Positions 38,652 to 49,286 of a DNA stretch of 64,000 bases are shown here, one piece after another. The position numbers and the translations under genes are program-made. Origin of the DNA: Escherichia coli (GTDB lineage Bacteria > Pseudomonadota > Gammaproteobacteria > Enterobacterales > Enterobacteriaceae). Below the pieces are notes generated by a model, which was given only the letters and a program-made list of their open reading frames with translations, did no database searches and was not told where the DNA came from. Numbering within the stretch: position 1 is the stretch's first letter; the number at the start of each line of letters is the position of its first letter. The stretch lies in the NCBI RefSeq assembly GCF_013315695.1, contig NZ_CP054353.1; one strand, 5' to 3'.

Positions 38652-39338
38652 ATGACCGTCGAAACGCAACTTAATCCCACACAGCCTGTCAATCAGCAGA
38701 TTTATCGTATTCTTCGTCGCGACATTGTCCATTGCCTGATTGCTCCAGGCACACCGTTGTCGGAAAAAGAAGTTTCTGTTCGTTTCAATGTGTCACGCCA
38801 GCCGGTTCGTGAAGCCTTTATTAAACTGGCGGAAAACGGTCTGATTCAAATTCGTCCGCAGCGTGGCAGCTACGTCAACAAAATTTCCATGGCCCAGGTG
38901 CGCAACGGCAGTTTTATCCGTCAGGCCATTGAGTGCGCGGTGGCGCGTCGGGCGGCGAGCATGATTACCGAAAGCCAGTGCTACCAACTGGAACAAAATC
39001 TTCACCAGCAACGCATTGCCATTGAGCGCAAGCAACTGGATGATTTTTTTGAACTTGATGACAACTTCCATCAACTCCTGACGCAGATTGCCGACTGTCA
39101 ACTGGCGTGGGATACCATTGAGAACCTGAAAGCGACCGTTGATCGCGTGCGCTATATGAGTTTCGACCACGTTTCTCCACCAGAAATGCTGTTACGCCAG
39201 CATCTTGAGATTTTCTCTGCCCTGCAAAAACGTGATGGCGATGCGGTAGAACGTGCAATGACGCAACATTTGCAGGAAATCAGCGAATCCGTGCGCCAGA
39301 TCCGCCAGGAAAACAGCGACTGGTTTAGCGAAGAGTAG
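38652..39338 (+). CDS. ydfH: GntR/FadR-family regulator YdfH (RspR)
   Basis: 228 aa; N-terminal GntR HTH and FCD domain; synteny. Confidence 0.85.
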   Translation: MTVETQLNPTQPVNQQIYRILRRDIVHCLIAPGTPLSEKEVSVRFNVSRQPVREAFIKLAENGLIQIRPQRGSYVNKISMAQVRNGSFIRQAIECAVARRAASMITESQCYQLEQNLHQQRIAIERKQLDDFFELDDNFHQLLTQIADCQLAWDTIENLKATVDRVRYMSFDHVSPPEMLLRQHLEIFSALQKRDGDAVERAMTQHLQEISESVRQIRQENSDWFSEE

Positions 39339-39515
39339 TTCATTTCCTCTCATCCCATCCGGGGTGAGAGTCTATTCGCCCCGCCTTATGGCTCATGCAT
39401 GCATCAAAAAAGATGTGAGCTTGATCAAAAACAAAAAATATTTCACTCGACAGGAGTATTTATATTGCGCCCGTTACGTGGGCTTCGACTGTAAATCAGA
39501 AAGGAGAAAACACCT

Positions 39516-39719
39516 ATGACGACCTACGATCGTAACCGTAACGCAATCACCACTGGCAGCCGTGTTATGGTTAGCGGCACCGGTCACACTGGCAAGATCC
39601 TGTCGATTGATACTGAAGGTCTGACCGCTGAGCAAATCCGCCGCGGAAAAACCGTAGTTGTTGAAGGTTGTGAAGAGAAACTGGCACCTCTGGACCTGAT
39701 TCGTCTCGGCATGAACTAA
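39516..39719 (+). CDS. ydfZ: YdfZ, small selenium-binding protein
   Basis: 67-aa ORF with strong RBS (aaaggagaaaacacctATG); synteny. Confidence 0.85.
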
Positions 39720-39726
39720 GCGTGTG

Positions 39727-39757
39727 AATGCCGCCGATGGCGGCATTGCTTTTTTTA
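39727..39757 (+). terminator. Bidirectional rho-independent terminator between ydfZ and ydfI
   Basis: Stem aatgccgcc/ggcggcatt followed by gcttttttt. Confidence 0.7.
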
Positions 39758-41215
39758 CTTCACGGAATATTTCGCCACGGTCGCTTTCGCACCATGCGCT
39801 AATAAAGACAAGTACGCTTCCGTCACTTTTGCAGTAAACAAGCTATTGTCTGGCAAATCATCACCAAAGATCGCCTTAATCGCCAGCAATGACTGGACGC
39901 GCGCTTTCCCTTCGGCACTACTTTGTACAGCCTTCTGAATAACAGGTAACAGTGGGTCACTGATTTCTATCGGATTTCCCTGTTCATCAACACCACCGAC
40001 ATAACGCATCCAACCTGCGACGCCCAGCGCCAGCAGATCGAACTTGCTGTCATGCGCCAGATGCCAGCGAACAGAATCCAACATCCGCTGTGGCAATTTC
40101 TGGCTGCCATCCATAGCAATCTGCCAGGTTCGATGACGTAGCGCCGGGTTGCTATAGCGTTCAATTAATCGGTTAGCGTAATCTTGCAAATCAACGCCCT
40201 GCACTTTCAACGTCGGCGCTTGTTCCTGCAACATCAAGGCATACGCTGCATGACGATAATGTTCATCTTCCATGCAGTCATTAATGTGCTGATATCCGGC
40301 AAGATAACCCAGATACGCCAGGAATGAATGACTGCCGTTGAGCATGCGCAACTTCATCTCTTCATAAGGCAGCACATCACTAACCAGTTCGGCTCCCGCT
40401 TTTTCCCATTCCGGACGTCCGGCAACAAAGTTATCTTCTATTACCCACTGGCGGAAAGGTTCACAGGCAACGCCAGCAGGATCGCGCACACCGGTAAGTT
40501 GTTCGATTTTCGTCAGCATATCCTCTGTCACTGCGGGCACAATACGGTCCACCATTGTTGATGGGAAAGTCACGTTTTCTTCGATCCATTGTGCCAGTTT
40601 TACATCAACAGCTTGCGCGTAGGAAGTGACAACGTCACGCATAACATGACCGTTTTCTGGCATGTTGTCACATGACATGACGGTAAATGCGGGAAGTCCT
40701 GCCGCTTTACGGCGAGCCAGCGCCTCGACAATCACCCCTGTTGCAGTTTTCGGCTGGTGGGGATTTTGAACGTCGGCAACGACCATCGGGTGATCGAGCA
40801 TTAACTGTCCGGTCGCCGGAGAGTGGAAATACCCTTTTTCGGTGATTGTCAGAGAGACAATCGCGATTTGCGGTTCACACATCGCAGCCAACACGGTTTC
40901 TAAGCCATCAATCTGTACGTGCAAGGCTTTTTTAACGACGCCAACGACGCGAGCCGTCCACGCATCGGCCGACATTTCCGCAACGGTATAAAGATTATCT
41001 TGCTGTTGTAAATCGGCAATTTGCTGTTCGCCGCCGATTAAATTGACCTCATAATATCCCCAGTCACTGAAATGTTTTGTAGCAAGAATATCGGCATACA
41101 CGCCCTGATGCGCACGGTGAAATGCACCAAAGCCTAAATGAACAATTCTTGGGGCCAGGTTATTACGATCATAAACAGGGAGCGTCGCTTTTGCTGATAA
41201 CAAATTATTTCCCAT
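39755..41215 (-). CDS. ydfI: Mannitol-dehydrogenase-family oxidoreductase YdfI
   Basis: 486 aa; mannitol DH Rossmann and C-terminal domains; synteny. Confidence 0.85.
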   Translation of the reverse strand: MGNNLLSAKATLPVYDRNNLAPRIVHLGFGAFHRAHQGVYADILATKHFSDWGYYEVNLIGGEQQIADLQQQDNLYTVAEMSADAWTARVVGVVKKALHVQIDGLETVLAAMCEPQIAIVSLTITEKGYFHSPATGQLMLDHPMVVADVQNPHQPKTATGVIVEALARRKAAGLPAFTVMSCDNMPENGHVMRDVVTSYAQAVDVKLAQWIEENVTFPSTMVDRIVPAVTEDMLTKIEQLTGVRDPAGVACEPFRQWVIEDNFVAGRPEWEKAGAELVSDVLPYEEMKLRMLNGSHSFLAYLGYLAGYQHINDCMEDEHYRHAAYALMLQEQAPTLKVQGVDLQDYANRLIERYSNPALRHRTWQIAMDGSQKLPQRMLDSVRWHLAHDSKFDLLALGVAGWMRYVGGVDEQGNPIEISDPLLPVIQKAVQSSAEGKARVQSLLAIKAIFGDDLPDNSLFTAKVTEAYLSLLAHGAKATVAKYSVK

Positions 41216-41303
41216 AACAATTCCTTAAATATAAATATGGCAAGCTACATGTTTTGTTATATGAATAAAAATCCCCTCTCCGGTAAGAGAAGGGATTGAG
41301 GAT

Positions 41304-42587
41304 TTAAAGACTTCTGGAAGGTTGCGCAGCTCTGACAACACGAAGTTGATCTTCCGCAGCGTCTTCCAGCGCACTTAAATCACGGTCTTTCACTTCTGGC
41401 ATTTTCAGCGCAGAGATTAAACCAATCACTGAATATGCCATGATCATAATGGCGATCGGATACCAGGATTCCGTCATGGTGCAGAAAATACCCGCCAGGA
41501 TAGGACCAAAACCGGAAGCGATAAGACCACCAATTTCTTTAGAAATAGCCATCCGGGTAAAGCGGTTTTTACAGCCGAACATTTCTGCCATGGTAATGTT
41601 TTCCAGAGCAAATAATCCCAGCACCGCACAGTTATGAATCACAATCAGTGCAACCATAATGGTGCTCGGGGCATAGCTTTTATCTACGATGATAGAAAGC
41701 ATTGGCCACGCCAGCACAATCGCAGAGGTATTCATAATAATATACGGGATCCGGCGACCTATTTTATCGGATAACCAACCAAGGAACGGAATGGTCATAA
41801 AGCCGAGAATCGAACTGATCATCAATGCATCTGTTGGAATTGCTTTGTTAAACAATAACGTCTGCACTAAATAGCCTGCAAGGAAAGTCTGAATTAAACC
41901 GGAGTTACCAGCCTGACCAAAACGCAGCCCTGTTGCCAGCCAGAAGGATTTGCTCTGGAACATGCTACCAGCAGGTGCAGGTTTTGCTGTCGGTTGGTTG
42001 CTGTCGTTAACCTTCTCAAAGACCGGGCTTTCTTTCAGATTCATACGCAACCAGATAGCAAAGACCATCACGACAACGCTCGCCAGGAACGGTATACGCC
42101 ATCCCCACGCCAGCAGTTCCTCTTTACTGAGAATGAAGAACATAAAGGCCCAGATTGCCGTTGCGCTTAAGGTTCCGCAGTTAGTTCCCATAGCCACAAA
42201 TGAGGAGATAATTCCGCGCTTACCTTTTGGCGCATATTCCGCCAGCATCGTACCGGCACCGGAAATTTCCGCGCCTGCCCCCAGCCCCTGAATAATACGC
42301 AGCGTCACCAGCAAAATTGGCGCAAACACACCAATTTGTGCATAGGTCGGCAGCACACCAATTAAGGTGGTACAGATCCCCATCATAGTTATGGTAATAA
42401 AGAGCACTTTTTTACGCCCGATTCTGTCGCCCATTTTGCCGAAAATAAATGCTCCGACAATACGCGCCACATAACCTGCACCGTAGGTTCCCATTGCCAG
42501 AATTAACGCCATTGCCGTTGATGATTCAGGAAAAAATATTTCATGAAACACTAACGCTGCGCCGAGCGAATATAACTGGAAATCCAT
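41304..42587 (-). pseudogene. ydfJ: MFS metabolite:H+ symporter YdfJ, 5'-truncated at the prophage junction
   Basis: 427-aa ORF begins MDFQLYS, i.e. inside the conserved N-terminal EWxDF region of this transporter family; prophage-side DNA starts immediately upstream. Confidence 0.7.
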
Positions 42588-43190
42588 AATTCACAGGTGT
42601 TTTTTCCCATCCTGTGGTTTCCTTGGCGTTTTCTAGGTTTTTTCAGATAGTTGCATTTTTTAAAAAGCATCCTAAGTTCGATCTCAGTGTCTATCTGGGG
42701 CCTATTTCTGTCCCATATATGCCCCAAAAAAACTCCTCAACAGATAAGTAGTTTTTTCATGGAGTTACGCGTAAAATCAATAACGGCTGGAAATCATTCA
42801 ATACTCGCACTATCGAAAAATTTACCAGCCAACCGCAGCACGTTCTTGCATAAGGCGTGTCTGCGGTTTTTCAACTATTCAGATACATCACTCCCATCAC
42901 ATTCATTCCTCCGCATCAAAGGCATATAGGCTATATCACCTTGATATTTTTCTTCTTCAGATAAAAACTGTTATCTATGTATACTTTTAAACCCAATCCG
43001 TGTAGAGTCTCTGCATAAGATAGTTTGCAGTTGCCACTTCAGCTTGCGCCATAAACCGCCTGATTTTTGCCGCCATCTGTTAGCATTCCTGTATACCTGA
43101 AACGACAATGTTTATCTACGAACTTTAAGAACACCCAGGATAAAAATTGTCAACTATATCATATATAACACATTACTAATTCGAGGCTAT

Positions 43191-43304
43191 ATGAACAGCA
43201 TACTGATAATCACTTCGCTCCTTATCATATTCAGCATTTTTAGTCATGCTCTAATAAAATTAGGGATTGGCATATCCAATAACCCAGACAAAACCGATGT
43301 ATAA
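43191..43304 (+). CDS. Candidate small hydrophobic protein, 37 aa
   Basis: ATG with RBS (cgaggctatATG); translation [37 protein letters not shown]; prediction only. Confidence 0.3.
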
Positions 43305-43372
43305 GTCAACATATCCTGAATCAGACATACAATATCGCAATGAAAATCAATAATATTTTAAGGAATATATTC

Positions 43373-43606
43373 ATGAAATCAAAAGACACCCTAAAGTGGT
43401 TCCCTGCGCAGCTTCCTGAAGTCAGAATTATCCTAGGGGATGCTGTAGTGGAAGTAGCAAAACAGGGAAGACCTATCAATACCAGAACATTGCTTGATTA
43501 CATTGAAGGAAACATAAAGAAAAAATCATGGCTGGATAACAAAGAATTATTACAAACAGCGATATCAGTTCTTAAAGACAACCAAAATTTAAATGGTAAA
43601 ATGTAA
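43373..43606 (+). CDS. ydfK: YdfK, prophage cold-shock-associated protein
   Basis: Translation MKSKDTLKWFPAQLPEVRIILGDAVVEVAKQGRPINTRTLLDYIEGNIKKK... recognised (YdfK/YnaE family). Confidence 0.9.
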   Translation: MKSKDTLKWFPAQLPEVRIILGDAVVEVAKQGRPINTRTLLDYIEGNIKKKSWLDNKELLQTAISVLKDNQNLNGKM

Positions 43607-43922
43607 TATAATAAACTTACTTTTTTATCATTTTTCCACTTTAACAACATTTTGCTCCACTTTTCCACGACCAAACAACTTGAAATCTGGTTAAAATAAC
43701 ACGCAACACTATTCTTCTTCCTTGAGTCCGCCCGGAACTCGAAAAACAAACCGAGTTAAAGCCATTTTTCACAAAATCGATTTTGGGTCTCACCAAAATT
43801 ACGGGGTTGCATACGCATTCGTTTATTTTCGAACGTGTACATACAAACATGCACAAAAATAATCAAAATTATTTTCTGAGATGCATTATGATATGAACAC
43901 CAATTTCGTATAGAGTCTCACT

Positions 43923-44513
43923 ATGTCTCGAATTTTTGCTTACTGTCGGATATCAACGCTGGATCAGACCACCGAAAATCAACGCCGGGAAATCGAAAGT
44001 GCAGGTTTTAAAATCAAACCTCAGCAAATAATCGAAGAACACATTAGCGGCTCAGCAGCAACCAGTGAGCGTCCTGGTTTTAACCGGTTGCTTGCTCGCC
44101 TGAAATGTGGTGATCAATTGATTGTGACAAAACTGGATCGCCTTGGTTGTAATGCAATGGATATCAGGAAAACAGTGGAACAACTGACCGAAACAGGTAT
44201 CAGAGTGCATTGCTTAGCATTGGGGGGCATTGACCTGACCAGTCCAACAGGAAAAATGATGATGCAAGTAATTTCAGCAGTCGCTGAATTTGAACGAGAC
44301 CTTTTACTTGAACGCACTCATTCCGGGATAGTAAGAGCCCGGGGCGCAGGGAAACGTTTTGGTCGACCACCTGTGTTAAATGAAGAACAGAAACAGGTGG
44401 TATTCGAACGGATTAAGTCAGGTGTAAGTATAAGTGCCATTGCCCGGGAATTCAAAACCTCGCGGCAAACCATTTTAAGAGCCAAAGCAAAACTTCAGAC
44501 ACCTGACATATAA
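43923..44513 (+). CDS. pinQ: Serine-recombinase DNA invertase (Pin/Gin/Hin family)
   Basis: 196 aa; N-terminal resolvase catalytic domain (YCRISTLDQ) and C-terminal HTH; prophage context. Confidence 0.9.
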
Positions 44514-44740
44514 AAAATAATCTCGGTGTGAGATGCCTTACGTCTTCCAAGCCCCCTTCCTTGCCGTAAATGGAAAGATACATCTAATTATAGAATTTAT
44601 ATGTTTTACCCTACGGCAGTGCTGGCCATTCAATATCCTGTGCAGTTGACGTATCAACACGGTTCAGCAACACCCGATACTTCTTCCAGGCTTCCCGCAA
44701 CGAGGTTTCTTCCTCCGTTGCATATACAGCTCACCTTTTT

Positions 44741-45034
44741 TCACCCACGATTAACCAACAGCCAGACCAGCAGACACGCCACCACCGGCACAGCAAAATC
44801 CATCAGGCTTGCCACATCCCACGCACGCGGATCAAAACCGCCCCACCACGGCATATTCATACGCTTGCCATGCCCGAACATTTCAATCCAGCGATATTCT
44901 GCCTGGGTATGTTCACGCGCAATGAAGAACGTACAACCAGCTATCGCCCCGTAAGCCCAGTTTCCGGTAAAAAGACCAACCAGTACCTGCGCAGCCACAG
45001 CACAAAGTGCATGAAGGAAAGGTGTTATATCCAT
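44741..45034 (-). CDS. Hypothetical small membrane protein, 97 aa
   Basis: Two hydrophobic segments flank a charged W/R-rich loop; start 11 nt after the stop of the 234-aa ORF. Confidence 0.5.
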   Translation of the reverse strand: MDITPFLHALCAVAAQVLVGLFTGNWAYGAIAGCTFFIAREHTQAEYRWIEMFGHGKRMNMPWWGGFDPRAWDVASLMDFAVPVVACLLVWLLVNRG

Positions 45035-45044
45035 TACGCCTCCT

Positions 45045-45749
45045 TTATCCGATATCGCTTCGGGAAACGGATAACAACTTTAATTCTGACTCAAGTTCAT
45101 CAACTCTTTCAGTCAGCTTCTGGATATGGTGAATCAGTGGAACAACCAGACGTTCGTACATTACACCTTCGGCAACAAGGCCATTGCTGGAAATGGTTTC
45201 CGGTGCATCATCTTCGTTGGCTGGTCGCCAGTGAACAAACTGAGGGGCAATTTCTCCTACTTCCTCGGCAATCAATCCATAGAATCCCCAGTCACGCCTG
45301 TCATTTTCGCATTGCGACCTGTACCACACAGGGCGCATCCTGAAAATGAGATCGGCGTGCTCTGAATCTATCGTCTCTACTGAATGTTTATAGCGGATAG
45401 ACGATGTTGACCGCAGCACAGACGAAATTGCAGGGTCAGGATTAAGATAAAGATTTGCCGCCGCTGTAGTTGTGCCCAATCCCCATAAATAAAACGCTTC
45501 ACGGCCAGTCAGCGGGTAAAAATCTCCGCCATAACGACCACTTTCCAGATCGTTCACTTCCACTTTGTTTTTCAGCTTATTATCAACTTCAGTTTTTGTG
45601 TATCTGGTGCTGATATCCTGCTTTGCACTGGCCATATCAGTCTGAAGCGTTGATACTTTTCCGTTAATAGAGGAAATATCTTCCTTTGCTTTACTAACAT
45701 CTCCCTTCAGCGTGGTGATGTCTCCCGGAATTACTGTTGATGTAGCCAT
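45045..45749 (-). CDS. Tail fibre/tailspike-like protein with C-terminal intramolecular-chaperone (peptidase S74-like) domain, 234 aa
   Basis: N-terminal coiled-coil-like region; C-terminal TSSIRYKHSVETID...GLIAEEVGEIAPQFV...YERLVVPLIHHIQKLTERVDELESEL resembles the autoproteolytic chaperone of endosialidase-type fibres. Motif-level recognition only. Confidence 0.5.
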   Translation of the reverse strand: MATSTVIPGDITTLKGDVSKAKEDISSINGKVSTLQTDMASAKQDISTRYTKTEVDNKLKNKVEVNDLESGRYGGDFYPLTGREAFYLWGLGTTTAAANLYLNPDPAISSVLRSTSSIRYKHSVETIDSEHADLIFRMRPVWYRSQCENDRRDWGFYGLIAEEVGEIAPQFVHWRPANEDDAPETISSNGLVAEGVMYERLVVPLIHHIQKLTERVDELESELKLLSVSRSDIG

Positions 45750-45758
45750 TTCTCTACC

Positions 45759-46040
45759 TCACATCCAGCCACGAAGTTGATGCTCAACAGCAACCGCGTA
45801 TTCATCGAATAATGACGATATTTGCGTATCCTTAATAATGCGCACGTTTACAAAATATCCATCTTCCTTAACACATACCGGTTCGCCATCTTCAGTCAGC
45901 TCTCCGGTTTCTTTGTACACGTTACCTATCACATCAATCAGAATATCATCCTGCATCGACTCGTCATTATAATAGCCAATACTTCCCATAAAGGCCGAAA
46001 AGTCGGCCCTGTCGGCAAATTTGAGTGTTAAATCTTTCAT
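45759..46040 (-). CDS. Hypothetical acidic protein, 93 aa, translationally coupled to the native stf stop
   Basis: ATG overlaps the TAA of the reconstructed stf reading frame (TAATG); no recognisable domain. Confidence 0.45.
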   Translation of the reverse strand: MKDLTLKFADRADFSAFMGSIGYYNDESMQDDILIDVIGNVYKETGELTEDGEPVCVKEDGYFVNVRIIKDTQISSLFDEYAVAVEHQLRGWM

Positions 46041-46246
46041 TAGATTGACTCCCCCATCTGAGCATCAGTCAATGCCTTGTGCCAAATACGCAGATTTCGA
46101 ACGTGTCCAAATAGGTGACGGTTGCCGGATGATGATTGACCACCAATATTAATGAAGCCTCCTGTATATTTGTGTTTTTTATAAGGAGAAAGGTGATGCT
46201 GCCAACTTACTGATTTAGTGTATGATGGTGTTTTTGAGGTGCTCCA

Positions 46247-46522
46247 GTGGCTTCTGTTTCTATCAGCTGTCCCTCCTGTTCAGCTACTGACGGGGTGGTG
46301 CGTAACGGCAAAAGCACCGCCGGACATCAGCGCTATCTCTGCTCTCACTGCCGTAAAACATGGCAACTGCAGTTCACTTACACCGCTTCTCAACCCGGTA
46401 CGCACCAGAAAATCATTGATATGGCCATGAATGGCGTTGGATGCCGGGCAACAGCCCGCATTATGGGCGTTGGCCTCAACACGATTTTACGTCACTTAAA
46501 AAACTCAGGCCGCAGTCGGTAA
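46247..46522 (+). CDS. insA: IS1 InsA
   Basis: Identical 91-aa InsA translation to copy A. Confidence 0.95.
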
Positions 46523-46944
46523 CCTCGCGCATACAGCCGGGCAGTGACGTCATCGTCTGCGCGGAAATGGACGAACAGTGGGGCTATGTCGGGGCTAAAT
46601 CGCGCCAGCGCTGGCTGTTTTACGCGTATGACAGGCTCCGGAAGACGGTTGTTGCGCACGTATTCGGTGAACGCACTATGGCGACGCTGGGGCGTCTTAT
46701 GAGCCTGCTGTCACCCTTTGACGTGGTGATATGGATGACGGATGGCTGGCCGCTGTATGAATCCCGCCTGAAGGGAAAGCTGCACGTAATCAGCAAGCGA
46801 TATACGCAGCGAATTGAGCGGCATAACCTGAATCTGAGGCAGCACCTGGCACGGCTGGGACGGAAGTCGCTGTCGTTCTCAAAATCGGTGGAGCTGCATG
46901 ACAAAGTCATCGGGCATTATCTGAACATAAAACACTATCAATAA
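46441..46944 (+). CDS. insB: IS1 InsB
   Basis: 167-aa InsB; one residue differs from copy A (G versus E near the C-terminus). Confidence 0.95.
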
Positions 46945-48379
46945 GTTGGAGTCATTACCAAGGAGAAACTACCTTAGCACCAATATTACCGTTAACCACA
47001 ACACACAATTCTCGACTTTCTGTGAATCTAAAGCCGATAATGCTTTTTCTCTCTGGTCGTTCTATAACGCTTTTATATTCTATTTTAGTGCCTTTACCAT
47101 TTGTAATGATTGCGCGTGCTCCCAAAGATGTATACCCCAAATACATATAACTTTCATCTGCAATTTCAGTTGTATCTCCCGTAGTGGAAATATTAAGAAT
47201 ACGTGCGCTACCTTCTTTGTTTGGCGATTCATCCCAATTGGTATTAACTTCTGCTAATGAACTAATAGCGGGATTGCACCAATTTAGAGAAATGGGGACC
47301 GTTACAATATCGCTGGCGCGTGTTACAGGGGATGCGCCTGTTATAATAAACGATGAAGCGCATGCCCCACCTTCAACTTGAGGGGTCGCAATATAAATAT
47401 AATCATCCGCGCCAGTGCCCACTCCTTTTGCCGGGGCATACTGAACCATTCCACCTATCATATTTTCTGTATCAAGTGCCTTAATTGTCGCCTCAAAAAA
47501 GATCCATTTGCTTGCTTCATCTTTAACAGCCCTTGCAGTAATGCGATTAGCGGCACCACCCGTCTTATCAATAGATAAATCTGTCGTATTTAAGTAAGCG
47601 TCACCTAAGAATGTGTAGGTAGAACCATCATAGTTTTCAAATCGTAATCGGCATCTTAAATTTGGAGTGCCACTTTGCACCCTGCATGATATGGTTACAT
47701 ACTTTTCTCCGCCTGTTACATCAAAACCTTTACTGCCGGAAACGGTTACTATGTTAATCGCTGAAATTTGCCCTACCATTTCTGGTTTTAATGTAAATTT
47801 TGCGTACTGGAATCCGAAATCATCTACACCTGATGCACTTAAGATCATATTTGACGACTTGTTCCATTTAGTCGGATTTGTTGAATTGATTAGCAGGTTA
47901 GTTCTTTGCCCCTCAATAAGCAGGCCATCACGTTCAAATCGTGGCTCGTCAATGGCAGCCTCTGTCAGCACACCAGATTTATTAATGTAAGTTGCTTTCG
48001 ATGCGCGTTTAAACTTTACAATCTTGTCGCCAGGCATTGTTATTTCATCGTCGCCAATAACAATTTTTTTATATGATGGCGAAAAGCCCGTAATCATATC
48101 CAGTGAATCATTAAACGGTATCCACACATCGGGCAACGGCTGCAAAACTTGTTTATACGGCTCCGCTGCCTGGCTTGCATACTCTCTGGCTGCGTCTTCA
48201 CTTGCTTTAGCTGCTGTCTGGCTTGCTGCCGATGCTTGCGCCGAGTTCGCCGCCGCAGTCTCGCTCGCCTTTGCGTTGGTTTCACTGGTTTTTGCTGCTT
48301 TTTGACTGTTAGCTGATGCAGTGGCAGAAGCAGCCGCCGCGCTTGCAGAACTGGCTGCGGCACTCTCGCTTTGGGCCGC

Positions 48380-48700
48380 TGCATCCTGACTGCTTTTCGC
48401 CGCAGTTTCACTGGCTTTGGCATTCGTTTCGCTGGTCTTCGCTGCCGTCTGGCTGGACTTTGCGTTAGTTTCACTCGTCTTCGCAGCTTTCTGGCTGTTA
48501 GCCGCAGCAGTTGCTGATCCAGCTGCTGAAGTCGCAGAACCGGCTGCCGCGCTCTCGCTTTGGGCTGCTGCAACCTGGCTGTTTTTTGCCGCAGTTTCAC
48601 TGGCTTTGGCATTCGTTTCGCTGGTTTTCGCTGCCGTCTGGCTGGACTTTGCGTTGGTTTCGCTCGTCTTTGCGGCTGTCTCGCTATTTTTCGCGTTGGT
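48380..48700 (-). repeat. Tandem 189-bp (63-codon) direct repeats inside stf
   Basis: gcagtttcactggctttggcattcgtttcgctgg... recurs at 48402 and 48591 (offset 189 bp); a more diverged copy lies upstream. Confidence 0.8.
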
Positions 48701-49229
48701 TTCTGATTTTTTGGCTGCTGTCGCGGAGTTTGCCGATGCAGTCTTTGAGGTCGCTGCCGCCTGTGCACTATTAGCTGCATTCGTTTCTGAGGTTTTCGCC
48801 GCGTTCTTCGATGATGCCGCTGCAGTTTCGGATTTCTTTGCCGCCGCTGCGCTCTGAGAGGCGGCTTCAGCGTTGCGTGCCGCTTCTTCCACCATTTCCT
48901 CAAAACGACGCAATGCCTCCGGCATGACATCATCTTCCGTCATGGCACCGAGAAAATCATTCAGCGTACCTGGTCTGGAACCTTCATAGACGGTAATGGT
49001 TCCGGCATGTGAAGGCGGAAAACCTTCAACCAGCAGGGTGACGCTGTACTGGCCATACTCAACATCCATGCTGTAACGCCCGGCTTCATCCGGATTTTCA
49101 GAGGCCACTGTGTTGACCAGTACCGTGGTGCTGTTACGCTTTGCCTTCAGTTGAATAGTGCAGTTCTGTATTGGTTTTCCCGCACCATCTTTCAGCACAC
49201 CTGAGATTTTTACTGCTGCCATATCCACT

Positions 49230-49262
49230 CCACAAAAAAGCCCGCCTGAACCGGCGGGCTGT
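49230..49262 (-). terminator. Rho-independent terminator downstream of lom
   Basis: Stem agcccgcc/ggcgggct; minus strand continues tttttgtgg. Confidence 0.7.
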
Positions 49263-49286
49263 CATAACACTGTGTTACCTGGCTAA

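Larger units (their letters stand above)
46192..46959 (+). mobile_element. IS1: IS1 insertion sequence, 768 bp, copy B
   Basis: Same terminal repeats as copy A in opposite orientation; 9-bp direct repeat AAGGAGAAA at 46183-46191 and 46960-46968. Confidence 0.95.
46040..49228 (-). pseudogene. stf: Side tail fibre gene stf (StfR/lambda Stf-like), interrupted by IS1 47 codons before its native stop
   Basis: N-terminus MDMAAVKISGVLKDGAGKPIQNCTIQLKAKRNSTTVLVNTVASENPDEAGRYSMDVEYGQYSV matches lambda Stf; Ala/Ser/Thr-rich KTSETNAK repeats; reading frame resumes across the IS1 (46192-46959) and ends at 46040. Confidence 0.85.

Noticed and set aside
42651-42929. 92-aa plus-strand ORF next to the prophage junction
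   Set aside because: Lies in AT-rich junction DNA, has no RBS and a low-complexity composition; likely spurious.
48094-48933. 279-aa Arg-rich ORF and the Ala-rich plus-strand ORFs inside stf
   Set aside because: Alternative-frame and antisense readings of the GC-rich tandem repeats of stf; no independent start context.
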